Assembly (NCBI GenBank): GCA_951406725.2
Contig: OX597829.1
Location: 31,868,001-31,932,000, forward strand
DNA: 64,000 bases
Direction of reading: 5' to 3'
DNA from: Octopus vulgaris
Taxonomy: Eukaryota
This document shows, in pieces, positions 27,549 to 40,615 of this stretch. The position numbers and the translations under genes are program-made. Position 1 is the stretch's first letter. Every line of letters begins with the position of its first letter. The notes under the pieces are model-generated. The model did no database searches. It was not told the DNA's origin and worked only from the letters and a program-made list of their open reading frames with translations.

Positions 27549-28559
27549 TATACATATGGTGACATGTAAAAGAATCCAAAACACTCTATAAAGTGGTTGG
27601 CTGTAGCAAGGGCATCCAGCTGTAGAAACCATGCCAAATCAGATTGAAGTCTAGTGCAGCCCCCCACCCCAGCTTGCCAGTTCTTGTCATGCCATCCAAC
27701 CCATGGCAGCATGAACAGACGTTAAATGATGATGATGTATATATATATATGTATATATATATACATCATTTAACGTGCACTTTTCCATGGCATGATGGCC
27801 TTCCTGCTGCCATCACTCACCAGTTTGCAAATAAGTTAATATGACTGGACATGTTATTAACAAAGATTGGATGATAGTAACCATTCATTTACAACTATCG
27901 TGTAATGTCAAGGCAAGAAGACAGTAACACACATGTATGTGTATGTATATATATATATATATATATATTATATATGATAGGTTTTTTTTCAGTTTCCTTG
28001 TACAAAACCCACTCACAAGGCTTTGGCTGGCTCACACCTGAAGACAACACCTGCCGAAAGTGACACACAGTGAGACTAAAACTGAAACTGTGATGTTGAG
28101 AAGCAAACTTCTTACCACACAGCCATTACCTGTGTGTATGTATATATATATATATATACATACATACACAGACTCATGTACACACATATGGTGTATACAT
28201 ATGAGCATGCATTTACTTTATGTTTACACACAAGCTTACATTTACATGTATGAATATGCACATGGAAGGCAGACATTAAATGATGATGATGCATCCATAC
28301 ACACATGACAGGCTTCCTTGAGTACCCATTTATCAACTCCATTCATAAGATTTTGGTCAGCTTAAGGACAATAGTGGAAGATACTTGCTCTTGATGTTAT
28401 GCAGTAGGACTAATCTCAGAACCACAAGGTTGAGACAACAGACTATTTAACCAGAGCCATGAACACATGTACAGATGCATACTTATGTACATACATATAA
28501 ACACAGAAGTGAACAAAGAAAACAAAAATGTAAGGCAAAATTTGAATTCATTACCATCT

Positions 28560-28800
28560 AAAGTCAAGTTTAGAGAAAATTTCAAGAAGAGGACATGAAA
28601 GTTCCCTTAGAGGTATCCTCCAAATGCTTCACAAAAACCTGGGAAGTATTTGTGAAGAATTTGTGAAACTGATGTACATTACATAACAATCTGTTGATCA
28701 TTCAATACATCACACAACCCAGTATTTCATAGTAAACTAGTCTGCTGAGAAAGTGCACGAAAATGATATCTATTATAATTCAGTGTGCCATTATTATAAT
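28560..28800 (+). pseudogene. Possible very decayed mariner N-terminal fragment
   Basis: Weak FKRG...P and KVHE.. similarity to the mariner HTH/linker; judged by eye only. Confidence 0.25.
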
Positions 28801-29404
28801 TTAGATAAAGTGAAGCAGCAGAGTAATATGGTTTTTGAAGCACCAAAGAAGCTTTAACAACTTTTACAATTAAAAAGTTTGGGTTCTGAAAATGAAAAAT
28901 ATCTAAAACCAACAATGTCATACATCAATGGGCAAAATACTGCTAGGAGATCTCCATTTAGGAGTTAAAACATTTACTAAAATATCAATAAATCTTGAAG
29001 AAAAAAAAAAAAAGAACTTCCGCAAAAACAAGAGAAGGAAGCTGTGTACCTAGTGAAAAAGAATCAAGACAGTTTGAAATGACAATTTCCCAGTAAGGTT
29101 CTTGAGATAGAGAAGTTTTGAATTATCAAAGAATTTAACTATAATATACAAATTATAGTCTCACTGTTCACTACAAAAGTCAATGCAGCAAAATCGTAGC
29201 AAGTATCTTAGGTACTTCTCAACCACATGGTTTCAGGTTTAATCTCATAGCAATACAAATATCTTCTGTACTTTGAGACAAAGCATTGGCCTTGTGAAGT
29301 GATGGAAAATGTAGGAAGCCCATTATAAATATATATATATATCGTTTGTAGAAAACCTAAGTCCGAAAGAAGCACACTCTAAGATGTAGAGCAGTATATA
29401 TTAA

Positions 29405-29508
29405 AAACGGGGAAGGCCGGTTTATGGGATCTGACGATACGTCATAAAGCTAAACCCATGATGGACGGGAAAACGGAAAGTAATTTCATAAACAGGCCTT
29501 CCCCATTT
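29405..29508 (+). ncRNA. Hammerhead-like candidate inside a ~26-bp inverted repeat
   Basis: A long stem (AAACGGGGAAGGCCGGTTTATGGGAT / ATTTCATAAACAGGCCTTCCCCATTT) abuts CTGACGA on one side and GTA on the other. Inside are CGTC/GACG (stem II) and GAAAAC..GTA. The core register is imperfect. Confidence 0.35.
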
Positions 29509-30373
29509 ATATATATATATATATATATATATATGACAGACAGATGGGGGTGTGGATATGTGCAAGAATGTAGATATCTTTGTTTTACTTGAACAAAACT
29601 GTAAATGACGTTTACATTCCGTTTACAAAAATCTATGGAATAAAAATAAGATACCCTTACTTGTTAAAGCAGTCAAGTACTGGCGACAAAAGGCGTAGCT
29701 GACCGTATGCCTTTGTATGACTGTGCACATGTATGTACATTTGTGTGAATGCTTACATACTGCGTTCACGCACGAAGACCTTAAAGCAAATAACGGTGAT
29801 GCCTCAACATTCATCGCTCACAAACTGTCCCACAACTCTTCACTTTCGAAATAACAATAACCCATAACTTGAAAAATAGGTAAGTATTAGCAACACAAAG
29901 GGCAAGAGATAGTAAAACAATACCTCTGTGTGTAATCGTCCAACTCGTGCCAGCATGAAAAACAGACGTAAAACGAACACAAGTGTGTGTGTGTGTGTGT
30001 GAGTGTACACACACGCAGGTATATATACATATATACATACACACACTTATAGGTATCAGAACATACAAATGCATACACAGAGTGTCAGAAACAGTGAAGT
30101 ACCCTCCACACACACAGAGGTAACATACGTAAAAATATTCCAGTATCATCAAGTATCACAGAAATTGCTGAATGTGGAAGGCGGCTGTTTTTATTGATAT
30201 GTGTATTAGACAACTCATTGTTATATATATATATATATATATACACACACTAACGGTTACCTCTTATAATACAGAGGAGACTGGGTTTTTCCATAATTTT
30301 TTTTGCTTTTAACAGTGATAGGCCTCCTGGTACATACCATGGCCGACACTTATCAGAGCTGTATATTTTGTGC

Positions 30374-30422
<49 letters not shown>

Positions 30423-31200
30423 GAATGATACATACGCTTTATAAATATAGGCACATGTACAAACATATAAACATATATGTATGCATACTCATTAGCACTG
30501 ATTAACAAATAGCACTCATTAAGTCTTTTAAGAGTACGACAGACATAAGTAAAATGTATAGAATATTGGTTTATTTCATTTTAAAAAAATGAAAAAGAGA
30601 TAAAATGAGTAAGAACTATAATAGTAATAGGTTTGCTTACCAGGGTTTAGACGCAAGGCAAACATAAAATGGGGGTCTAGTTTAGAAAGCGATGATCGTA
30701 TTAAAGCGAACCCTCACATAATGACCACATAACGGAGTTGGAATTCGAAAAGCAGGAGTGATGTGTTAGTATTATGTGGTGAGGAATAAGAAACGGTACT
30801 CTCTCTACTATTACTGATTTATGATAGTCTTAGCTGTGTCTAGCAATAAATATACACATATGCATTATAGATATATATATAATATATATACACATATATA
30901 TAAATAGATATGTGTGTGTGTGTATGTAAGCATGTGTATAGATAGATAGATAGATATAGAGATAGATAAGTACAGATAGATAGATAGATAGATATAGACA
31001 GATAGATATTTGTATGATTGTGCATAAATATAAACATAAAGAAATTTTTTTTAAAAAAATGACCGCGAAACATAAAAGGTTAATTGTTGTAAAGCCACGA
31101 GTGTATTGTGAGTGTTAAAAAAAGAGTGGCGGGGTATTGGTTGGTAATGGCTTGAAGTGGCTGTCTTCTCGATCCTTATTAAACAACATAACAATTTTAC

Positions 31201-31263
31201 CTCTTCGCTGCTGATAACTTCCCGAAATTCTCGCTTTATTCGCTGTTCAGCAATTGCCGCCAT
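31201..31263 (-). CDS. UBE2K: Ubiquitin-conjugating enzyme E2 K, coding exon 1 (MAAIAEQRIKREFREVISSEE)
   Basis: ATG at 31263-31261, then 21 codons closely matching the UBE2K N-terminus (human MANIAVQRIKREFKEVLKSEE). A phase-0 donor GAG|GTAAAA follows at 31200. CpG-rich, promoter-like sequence lies upstream. Confidence 0.93.
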
Positions 31264-31450
31264 TGATGTAGATGGTGGAATGTTGTTGTCGTGAAAACGA
31301 AACTAACAACTTCACCTGATGTTCGTCTCCTTTACTTTAAAACTTTCTCTCGCACTTGTCTGCTAGAAAACTAATCATAACTTCCGACGCCACCACTGCA
31401 CATGCGCTTTTAAAACTCGTTTCGCTTCCGCTTTACTCCTTCCTCTACCA
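31264..31450 (-). promoter_or_regulatory. Probable UBE2K 5'UTR and core promoter
   Basis: CpG-retaining unique sequence directly upstream of the ATG. It contains an NRF1-like TGCACATGCGC (~31396) and ETS-like CTTCCG motifs (~31381, ~31425). Confidence 0.55.
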
Positions 31451-32246
31451 CTTTTTACTTTTTTAATAACGTTTCATTTGCTGTTTTTTTTCTTTTGCAC
31501 ACATATTTTATTTTTATTTTATTTTTGAACCATTTTATTAAATATCTCTTTCACTAACATCATCGAAATTATTAATATTATTATTTATTATTATTATTAT
31601 TATTTACGCATTTCAATTTCAGTTTTCGAACCTATTACTGCAATTATGCCCCCTCCCCCCTCCTCCAACCAACCCCCGACTCACTCCTCGTCTGTCGCCC
31701 GCCGAGGTCAACTTAGGTTTTTGCATTCTTTTCTTTCAGTGGGAGTGGATAAAATAAAGTACCAGTCAAGTACTGCGATTGATATAATCCGATCGACCCT
31801 TTCTCCTCTCCCAAATGCCCGACCATGTGCCTTATATTTGAAACACCTATATGAACGTTAAAAAACAATTATATGCAAAAATGTTTAGAAATATCATTAT
31901 TATTATTATTATTATTAGTTCTGTTAGTTACGTCCCCTTTGCGTTACAAGTTCAAATCCCGCCTAGGTTGAATTTTCTTTCCATCGTCCTTCTGTTATAG
32001 ATAAGTACCTGACAAATTACTTCACCGGTATCATAGGATACACTCCACTTTCAAAATTTGTGAATTTATTGCCCGTGTTACAAATTATATTCCTTTTTAT
32101 CATCGGATTTTGTTTTTCCATCAAAATGTTACTCTTTTTTTTTTTTTGAAAAAATATTTCGTTTTCATTCCCATCTCGCATGTTTTCTGGATTTTCTTTC
32201 ACATTTTGAAATATAATTCGTAATCTCTCTATATGTGTGTGTGTAT

Positions 32247-32278
<32 letters not shown>

Positions 32279-33308
32279 GCTGTATTTTCTTTTATTCTTT
32301 TACTTGTTTCAGTCATTTGACTGCGACCGTTCTGGAGCACCGCCTTTAGTCGAGAGAATCGACCCCAGGACTTTTTTTTTGTAAGCCTAGTACTTATTCT
32401 GTTGGTCTATTTTGCCGAACCGCTAAGTTACGGGGGACGTAAACACACCACCATCGGTTGTCAAACGATGGTGGGAGGACAAACATATATATGCTCTCTC
32501 TCTCTTTCTCTGTATATATATATATACACATATGTATAGTATATGCTGTATATATAGTATAAATAAGGATTGGTCTCCTTCCCATTTTGTTTTCTTAAGG
32601 ATTTCTGAAAAATACAGATTTTTAGTGAAATTTCACAGACACGTTTTTAATGGGATACATTACAACTCTGCTGATAAAAGTTAGTGGAAAAAAATTTGAG
32701 TGAAGAATTTCAGATCGTCATTCTTCTACTTCCTAACTTTTGTTTGCACAAATTTCCTTTAGCATTTTCACTTTTTTTTTTTTTTCAATTGACTCGAGTG
32801 TTACCAGTCAACACTCAAAATTTTACTTGTAAATTTTATTTAAAAAATAATCAGCTTTTGGAAAATTACGAGGAAAATAAAGTCGGGAAGCACCAATGGC
32901 CTGGGCTAGTCTTCGGCCGAATGATATTTTATGTGAAACCATGGAGAAATAATTCTGGCCGTTTATGAAGAATCAAACAAAATCCGTTGTATTAACTTTT
33001 CGTTCCGTATATAGGCTGTAGTCAATTTTGAACTGTCTAAAAGTTTCATGTCACTTCTGCGACCTGATGACTGAAGTGATTCCTCTTGAGGCAGTGGGAT
33101 TGTCATTCGTGACTAAGTGGTAAAAGCGCGACGAAACTTTTAGACACTTCATAATAGACAGTACTAAAAATATAAATGAAATGTGAATATATGTATATAC
33201 ACACCCACGTTATAGATGTTCTTATATATGTTATGTATGCACATACATATATACACATGGTATATATACATATATTATGGTATTCTTTCTAACGAAAGAA
33301 TGACTATT

Positions 33309-33349
<41 letters not shown>

Positions 33350-33821
33350 AGTGTATGTATTTACTCGTGTTTCGTTTAAAATATAAAATATATTTCAAGA
33401 ACCATTTTATACATAATTGCAATTATCACATTTTTGTTATTATTTTAATAAATAGTTCACTTGCAGAAATTTTTGTTTTCAGAAAATTCATTCAGCTCAT
33501 AAAAAAAAACATCATCTACAAAAAAAAAAAAAAAGGAAGAAAGAAAGAAAAATCGAAGTCGCTAAAATTGTAGCTTTTCGATAATATCCGGGAATTGCCA
33601 TTTGATGAATATATTGGTCTTCTCTAGACTCCCGGAACTTCCGGAATATTAATAGGAAATAGAGATGATCTAATAGCTAAAGTCTTCTGTTGCATTAACT
33701 GTAAGTATGCAATAAATAATTTCTTTGAAGATATATATATATATATATAGGGGCATATGTATATGTGTGTATATACATGTGTATGAAGGCATAGTGTGTA
33801 TAGATATTCATGGTAACACAC

Positions 33822-33862
<41 letters not shown>

Positions 33863-35159
33863 CATACACACACATATATATATACATACACACACACACA
33901 CATATATATATACATACACACATATATACATACATACACACGTATATAATATATCGTGTGTGAAAGAGAAGAGAGCAGTGCTTAACCAATCTTAATTGGG
34001 TTTTTTTTCACATCAGTCTTGAAAGAAAGAAGCTTTCACCTGAATTAATTCTCATAATGTGGTGCACCTGAGCACTGGATACAATAATTTCATTATATTG
34101 TATTATTATAATTTTAATTGTATCTCTTTCCTATCTCACTTGTTTTTCAAAGTTTCTCTTTACTTTCCCTACTGTTTATGCACACATACGCAGATATTGG
34201 TACGTGTGTGTGTGTGTGTGCACAACCTACACAAGGTGTGTATGCCTATTTATATCTATTGTTATTCATCAAATTATTTGAATAATGACTGGCTAATGGT
34301 AGTAACAATTGTGGTGATGAGACAGACTCCTATGAGATTCTGATGAGTCAGCTGAAATACTCACGGAGTCTCATGTCATATGCATACGATACTAATGAAT
34401 ATCATCATAACATCATACAAAGTTGTATAATCAATCCATTAGTTATTGTTGTTTAATCCCGGGCAGTTCTGACTCTGTACACCTATAATAAATGACTGAT
34501 AAGCCTACTTTTGTTTCATTTCTTTTTTTTTCTCCCCCTTTTTCCGTGTGTAGATTAAAATATGCAAGTTCTGAGCTTAATGTAGACTAAAATATCCATT
34601 TTATCGTGCCGTTTTGAAGAGGGTAAGTGATTTGTAGGAAATTTAGTTGTTATTTCTAGTAAGTTGAGCAACTTTATATAGCTTATCTCACAGCATGACC
34701 ACAACGTTTAGTTGAAAACAAAAGAATACAAAACATGGATATTACTTCTTCAGTAATGTTTGTGTATACCTATGTCTATATAACTTCATCTGAAGTAAAC
34801 TGATTATATCTGTACAATGAAATTACATTACTTTATTTTGTAGAGATAAAAAATTATGTTCATCATTTCTGCATTCATTACTCTCCACCCTAATCACATA
34901 ACCACCACCACCACTATCATAATCGTAATCATCATCACAAGCATCTATATCATGTCTTTTATTTACAGATACATTTTGCATTTTAAAAGAATTCTTAAAC
35001 TTTATTAAAACTTCAATATACACGCGTTTGTGCACACACACTCATACAAAAAAAAACATCAATATATGTACATGTGTGTGTGAGAGAGAGGTGATGTGTA
35101 AAGAGTGTACTAAGCAATCATCTAAGAAATCTGCAGTTCACATGTTACTTATCAGTAAA

Positions 35160-35432
35160 AGGTACCACAGTATGGTATTGTTCACTGTGATGTGTCCATG
35201 GCTAAAAAACTCACTTAACTGACAACAGTCCAGTCTACCTAGCTGTAAGTAGGTACCACAATCTGGTATATTTCACTGTACTATCTCCATAGCCAACACA
35301 CTTAACTGTCAACAGTCCAGTCTAAATAGTTTTAAGTAGATACCACAGTCTGGTATAATTCACTGTACTATTATTTCCATAGCTAACACACTTAACTGTC
35401 AATAGCTCATTCTAACCAAGTAGAAACCACAG
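35160..35432. repeat. ~88-bp minisatellite, 3 diverged units
   Basis: Repeated AG(G/A)TACCACA..TGGTAT..TTCACTGT..CCAT.GC.AA..CACTTAACTG. Confidence 0.8.
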
Positions 35433-35655
35433 TGTAGTGTTCATGAACATGATAACTTCCAGCTATAAGCTGATAAGACCAGGTGGACATCTTTATCACT
35501 GGAAACGATGGTAGCAGTGGAAAATTAAGTAGTGGCTCATTAAATATTGGCACCCTTAAAGAAGTTTATTTCTCGCATGCTTTAATGTCACAGAAGCACT
35601 CATTAAAGAGGCAATCACTGTAGACCTCTGAGGAATGTAAAAGGACAATAAATAA

Positions 35656-36052
35656 GGCGCAGGAGTGGCTGTGTGGTAAGTAGCTTGCTAACCAACCACA
35701 TGGTTGCGGGTTCAGTCCCACTGCGTGGCATCTTGGGCAAGTGTCTTCTGCTATAGCCCCAGGCCGACCAATGCCTTGTGAGTGGATTTGGTAGACGGAA
35801 ACTGAAAGAAGCCTGTCGTATATATGTATATATATATATATATATGTGTCTGTGTTTGTCCCCCTAGCATTGCTTGACAACCGATGCTGGTGTGTCTACG
35901 TCCCCGCCACTTAGCGGTTCGGCAAAAGAGACCGATAGAATAAGTACTGGGCTTACAAAGAATAAGTTCCGGGGTCGATTTGATCGAGTAAAGGCGGTGC
36001 TCCAGCATGGCCACAGTCAAATGACTGAAACGAGTAAAAGAGTAAAAAGAGT
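35656..36052 (+). mobile_element. Full-length tRNA-derived SINE of the dominant family (young copy)
   Basis: Head GGCGCAGGAGTGGCTGTGTGG (A box) and GGTTCAGTCCC (B box), a CORE-like CTTGGGCAAGTG, an internal (TA)n and a (GTAAAAGA)n tail. Other copies at ~14948-15312, 18135-18510(-), 22935-23365(-), 32285-32480(-), 42214-42590, 55400-55782(-) and 57420-57800(-). Confidence 0.9.
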
Positions 36053-39000
36053 ATGTCATTTGAAATTTATTTAGCTGTTTTTGACATTTTGATGGACAAA
36101 ATATTTTCATCTGATGTTGATGTTTTGTGAACCATTTGTCTCTCTTGTTTGATCATCTCATGGGCAACAATGAAGCATAAGTACATGTAGGAGAAAAATC
36201 TATTTATATACAATTTTATTTTTTTTGTTTTTACAGAGAAAGTTATTGATAATTAGGCAGGGAAAATTATAGAGTTCACATATTATTTTGTAGTAATTAT
36301 CAGTATATAAGAACGCATTTAGAGAGGAAGATTATCAATATTTAGGTGCAAAACACTAATACATTCACAGATTGCTACATCTGCCTTCAGAAATCCACCA
36401 CCAACTGCCAAAATTCCTCGTTACCTAAGTTATAGAGAAGACAACCTCATTCTCAGGTACCAGGACTTCAGTAAGTTACCTCCCTTCCTTTACATAGTAG
36501 TACTTCCTTTTATGTTCCCAGCAGAAGCAATTGAACAAACATACTTGTATAAGAAACGGGTCTAGTTTAATTACTTAATTTAGACATAGATTCGGCAAAC
36601 CACAGTAAAAGCAACCCATTTAGTAGGTCATTAACTAAAATAAAAACTGGTACAGGATAGGAAAAAGTCTTCAGTTCTGGTACAAGCCACGCATCTAGTT
36701 TAGGCTGTAAAACAACTGGCAGAATCGTTGACATGTCACAAAACGGGGAAATTTCTTCTGGCCCCTTTTATGTTCTCACTTCAAATCGTACCTAGGTCAA
36801 CTTTGCCCTTCATTTCTTCAGGGCCCATTAACTAAAGTACCTGTCAATGTAATTGATTCTGCTCGCCTTGAACCGTGCAATGGACTAGCATCCCATTCAG
36901 GGGCAACATTGTGATCTCAGTCACTTATATGCCTTGGAAAGCAGGTAACTAGATTTATGAGTCTTAAAATTACCAGGCTCTAAAGTTGTTAGTGATAGGA
37001 AAGAAATGCAGCTACTAAAACATGGCACTCACAACAACAGACAGGGTTATCTATGTTGTATGTATCAGATAACAAAGAACTCCAAGTGGTGGCATACTGT
37101 AGTGGAATAAATCTGCCCAACCCATACTATCATGGAAAAATAGATGTAAAACAAAGATGATGATATATGCATGTGTTCTGGAATGTAAAGTGTAATTAAG
37201 AGATGTTTCACTGTTCCAGCATGTATTAGAGTTTGGTGTGTCAAGATTTTATTTTAATGCTGAATTGAGGAGTGAGTGATATTACCATGCTCACATGGTT
37301 CAGACTGTATTCATTGAGGAAGATTTTCAACAACTAGATTGTTTTATGGTATTGCCAATCCTCACTTGTTTCCAAATAAGGTAATATTTCCCCATAACTG
37401 GACTTGTTTTCACAGAAACTTGGAAATGAAAGCCACCACTTGCATGATGATGACAACCATCACATGATGTCAAGGCAAGGAAACTAATGTGCATACACAC
37501 ACACATATATATATTATCTATATAACAAGCTTCTTTTAGTTTCTATGTTCCAAATCTACTTGAAGATTTTTGAGAATTTCATGTTTGTTGAGATTTTATT
37601 TTAGGGTTTTTTTTTTCTGGAAAATTCTATGTTTCTGAATTTTGTTTGAATTTGGTACTGTTGTGTGAGTGCATTTTTTAAACTTTTTTTTTACAGTTTA
37701 GTTATAAGAGAAAGGGAGAATAACCATCATTCTTCTTTCAGGGCCTCCCAAACTGGTGAGAGTGGGTGGATTTAAATAGAAGGAAAGCCATGATCTGTGT
37801 TTGGTATAATTAGAAGCAACATATCATAATACTGAGTTAGCCTTACACTGGGGCTCAGCTTTCAGATGCTTGTAACAGAGTGGACAGTGCTAACAGTCAT
37901 CCAAGAGTTGAATAGTGATGTTTAAATCTGTTTTTCAGATACAGAGATAGCCTATCTGTTTGACATCAGCATAGTTTCCATCTAGCCGATTTCACTCACA
38001 AATTTCAGTTCCACCCAAAGATTTAGCAGAATATCTCCAAAGATGCTATGCAACTCAGAACCACATGATTCCGGGGTGAACATCTGATTCAAAGAACCAT
38101 ACAATAGATATGAGATGTTTTTGGCACAGCCATTTTGGTGCCAGTTATTCAATGTGACTTATTTGACATCAAATGTTTTAATATCTCTTTCTCTCTATAT
38201 ATGTTTGTGAGCATATCTCTTTTTATGTCTATGAGGAGAAGGAAAGTGTTTATGACAATTGTGTTCAATTAATAAATTTGTAATGTTTCTCTCTCTCTCA
38301 CAACATGTATATTTCTGTGTGTTTGCCTTCAGCACTAATTACTTTTGTCAAAACAGGCTGACTATCTACTTAGCTGCGTTCAGTCATCTCATCCCACTGT
38401 ACCTCCATCTGTTCACAGATATATTTTTCTACATTTGGTCTCATGCTACTGACTGTTTTAGCCACTAAATACTAACATGGTAAGTGGCAGTATTTGAAAG
38501 GAAGTATTTTACTATATACATATGTGGAGGTGAACATTTTTCTATCATACTGCATTGTCATATGTACTGTGCACATCATGGTTTATAGGGTTATCCTCAT
38601 CACTGTCATAATTTGGCAATTTTTTCATGCTGCCATGAGTTTAACGGTTTGACTGGAACTGGTAAGCCAGAGAGCTGTACCAGGCTTCATTCTGTTTTAG
38701 CTTGGTTTCTACAGCTGGATGTCTTTCCTAATGCCAACCACTCCACAAAGTGTACTGGGTACCTTTATCTCAGGATCATCAACACTATTCAAATTGTAAA
38801 GTTATGTTGCCATTATAGACAACAAACAAGTGTCTCCTTCACATGTGTACATCATTTCTTTGAGCAGGTTCGATACTAATTTTGGAAGAGAAGCTTTTAC
38901 ATTATGATAGTTTGTGTTTTGTTTATTTTATGTAATATAATAATGAGCTCATTGTAAACAGTGTTCAGATACACTACAGCACATCAGAAAAGGTAAAAGA

Positions 39001-40401
39001 GAAAACAGAAAGCAACAATAAGTGAAGTAAAGGAAGACAAAAATGATAGTGAAAAGTGCATGTGTAGTGCACAGAATTATCTGTTTCCTTAATTATTGTT
39101 AAGTTTTAATTATATATGCTACTAAATAAATGAAATTTCATTCTTCATTTTATGTTGTTCACCTACATGTTTCCATTTGTTAGATCAAAGGCAAAATTTG
39201 TTGAGGCAGGTTTTAGAGAGCTAGATGCTCTTCATGTTGCTAACCCTGAACTGTTTTCCTAATAAAGTATTTTTAATCCACTGGTCCTCACATGTCAGAA
39301 GTAAAACTATAGGGCTTTTGCTTACTGGAGAATGTAATCAAGAATGGCACTTAGCACCTTGAGAAACATGAGTTAAATTTCTGCCAAAACCTCTAACCTT
39401 GGGACATCATCTCTCTGGATTTCCTCCATGTATTGACTAACTGATGTTCAGGCTGAGCACTAGCCATATTGATCAACTCTCTGGAGACCTGTGAAGGTCA
39501 TATGTTCTGCATCTCTTCCAAAATTATATCATAAATTTATATACATGGGGGTGGGGATCAACATCTTCATCATTTAATGTCCATGTTCATTGCTGGCATG
39601 GATTGGGCAGTTTGGCTGGAACTGGGTCCAAGAACTAAATTGTATTTCTCTATTTTGACATGGTTTCTACAGCTGAATGTCCTTTCTCACTCCAACCCCT
39701 TTACAGCACTAGTGACATTTGCATGCAGATTGCAGGACTGAACCCAAGTGAATTTATGTTAGTAGATGAGGGATTAAAGTATGAGAGAAAGGGGAAAGAG
39801 TAGAACAGGTTTCTTGCTGTAGAGGGGTCAAAAGAACCAGCAGTGCAGGTGGGAAAAGGTTGTGTGTTATAGTAGGTAGCTATCACCACAGCAGTAACAT
39901 CAGACATTTGATCAGTGTTAGATCAAATCGATAAAAAAAGACTAATTTTTTTATTTTTTTATTTTATATAAGCAACAACAATGAACAGCTGTGAAATAAT
40001 GGGACAGTGATCTATTTTTTAAAGTTTCCCCCTACACACATTACTACTTACTGACTTGTTTAAACCATTGAACATGTGTCATATCTTAAACAATTCTAAT
40101 ACTAAGAAAGAAAAAAAAAGACATCAGGTGGTGCCTTAAACATCTGCTGATAATACAATTTTATATAATTGTTATGTTTGTCATTGTTGATTTTTGGTTG
40201 TACAGGATGTTTAAAGATAAGGCAAGATTCACAGTCCAGGGAAAGTTGTGATGGTTTTCAAGGCAATTAAACTAGTCAGCATGTATGACCAGTCTTGTGG
40301 ATTAAATAAACACATGAGATATTATTGCTGGAACTGATATTGATTAATGAATAAGCTTCAAATATGTCATAATCAGTTTCATCATTTAATGTCTGTTTCT
40401 A

Positions 40402-40615
40402 TGGTAGTGAGCTGGCAGAATTGTAGGCACACCAGGCAAAATGCTTAGCAGCATTTCGTCTGTCTACACTCTTGAGTTCAAATTCCACTGAGGTTGACTT
40501 TACCTTTCATCCTTTAGGGATTCATAAAATAAGTACCCGTTGAGTACTGGAGTTGTTGTAACTAACTATCTCTTTCTGCTAACCTTCTGCCTAAATTTGA
40601 AACTAATGTTTGTTA
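40402..40615 (+). mobile_element. Second SINE family with Nin/Deu-like central domain
   Basis: GAGCTGGCAGAAT..GAGTTCAAATTCC..GTTGACTTT.CCTTTCATCCTTT.GGG..ATAAAATAAGTACC. Other copies at ~36715-36860, 43170-43365 and 56436-56670, with partial copies near 31700 and 31950. Confidence 0.7.

Larger units (their letters stand above)
605..31200 (-). other. UBE2K: UBE2K intron 1 (~30.6 kb, GT-AG)
   Basis: Canonical splice sites, phase-0 join, and no amino acids missing between the two exons. Confidence 0.8.

Noticed and set aside
33034-33146. Type III hammerhead reading of the promoter-region hairpin
   Set aside because: Positions 10.1/11.1 would be C and C, and stem I does not start after the putative triplet.
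34315-34380. CTGATGA...GAAA near 34340 as a hammerhead
   Set aside because: No stem II forms between the core strands and stem I is out of register. The region is better explained as a simple imperfect palindrome (ATGAGATTC..TGAGT / ACTCA..GAGTCTCAT).
35656-35730. tRNA gene
   Set aside because: A/B boxes are present, but the sequence is the head of a multi-copy SINE and continues into SINE body and tail. No clean cloverleaf.
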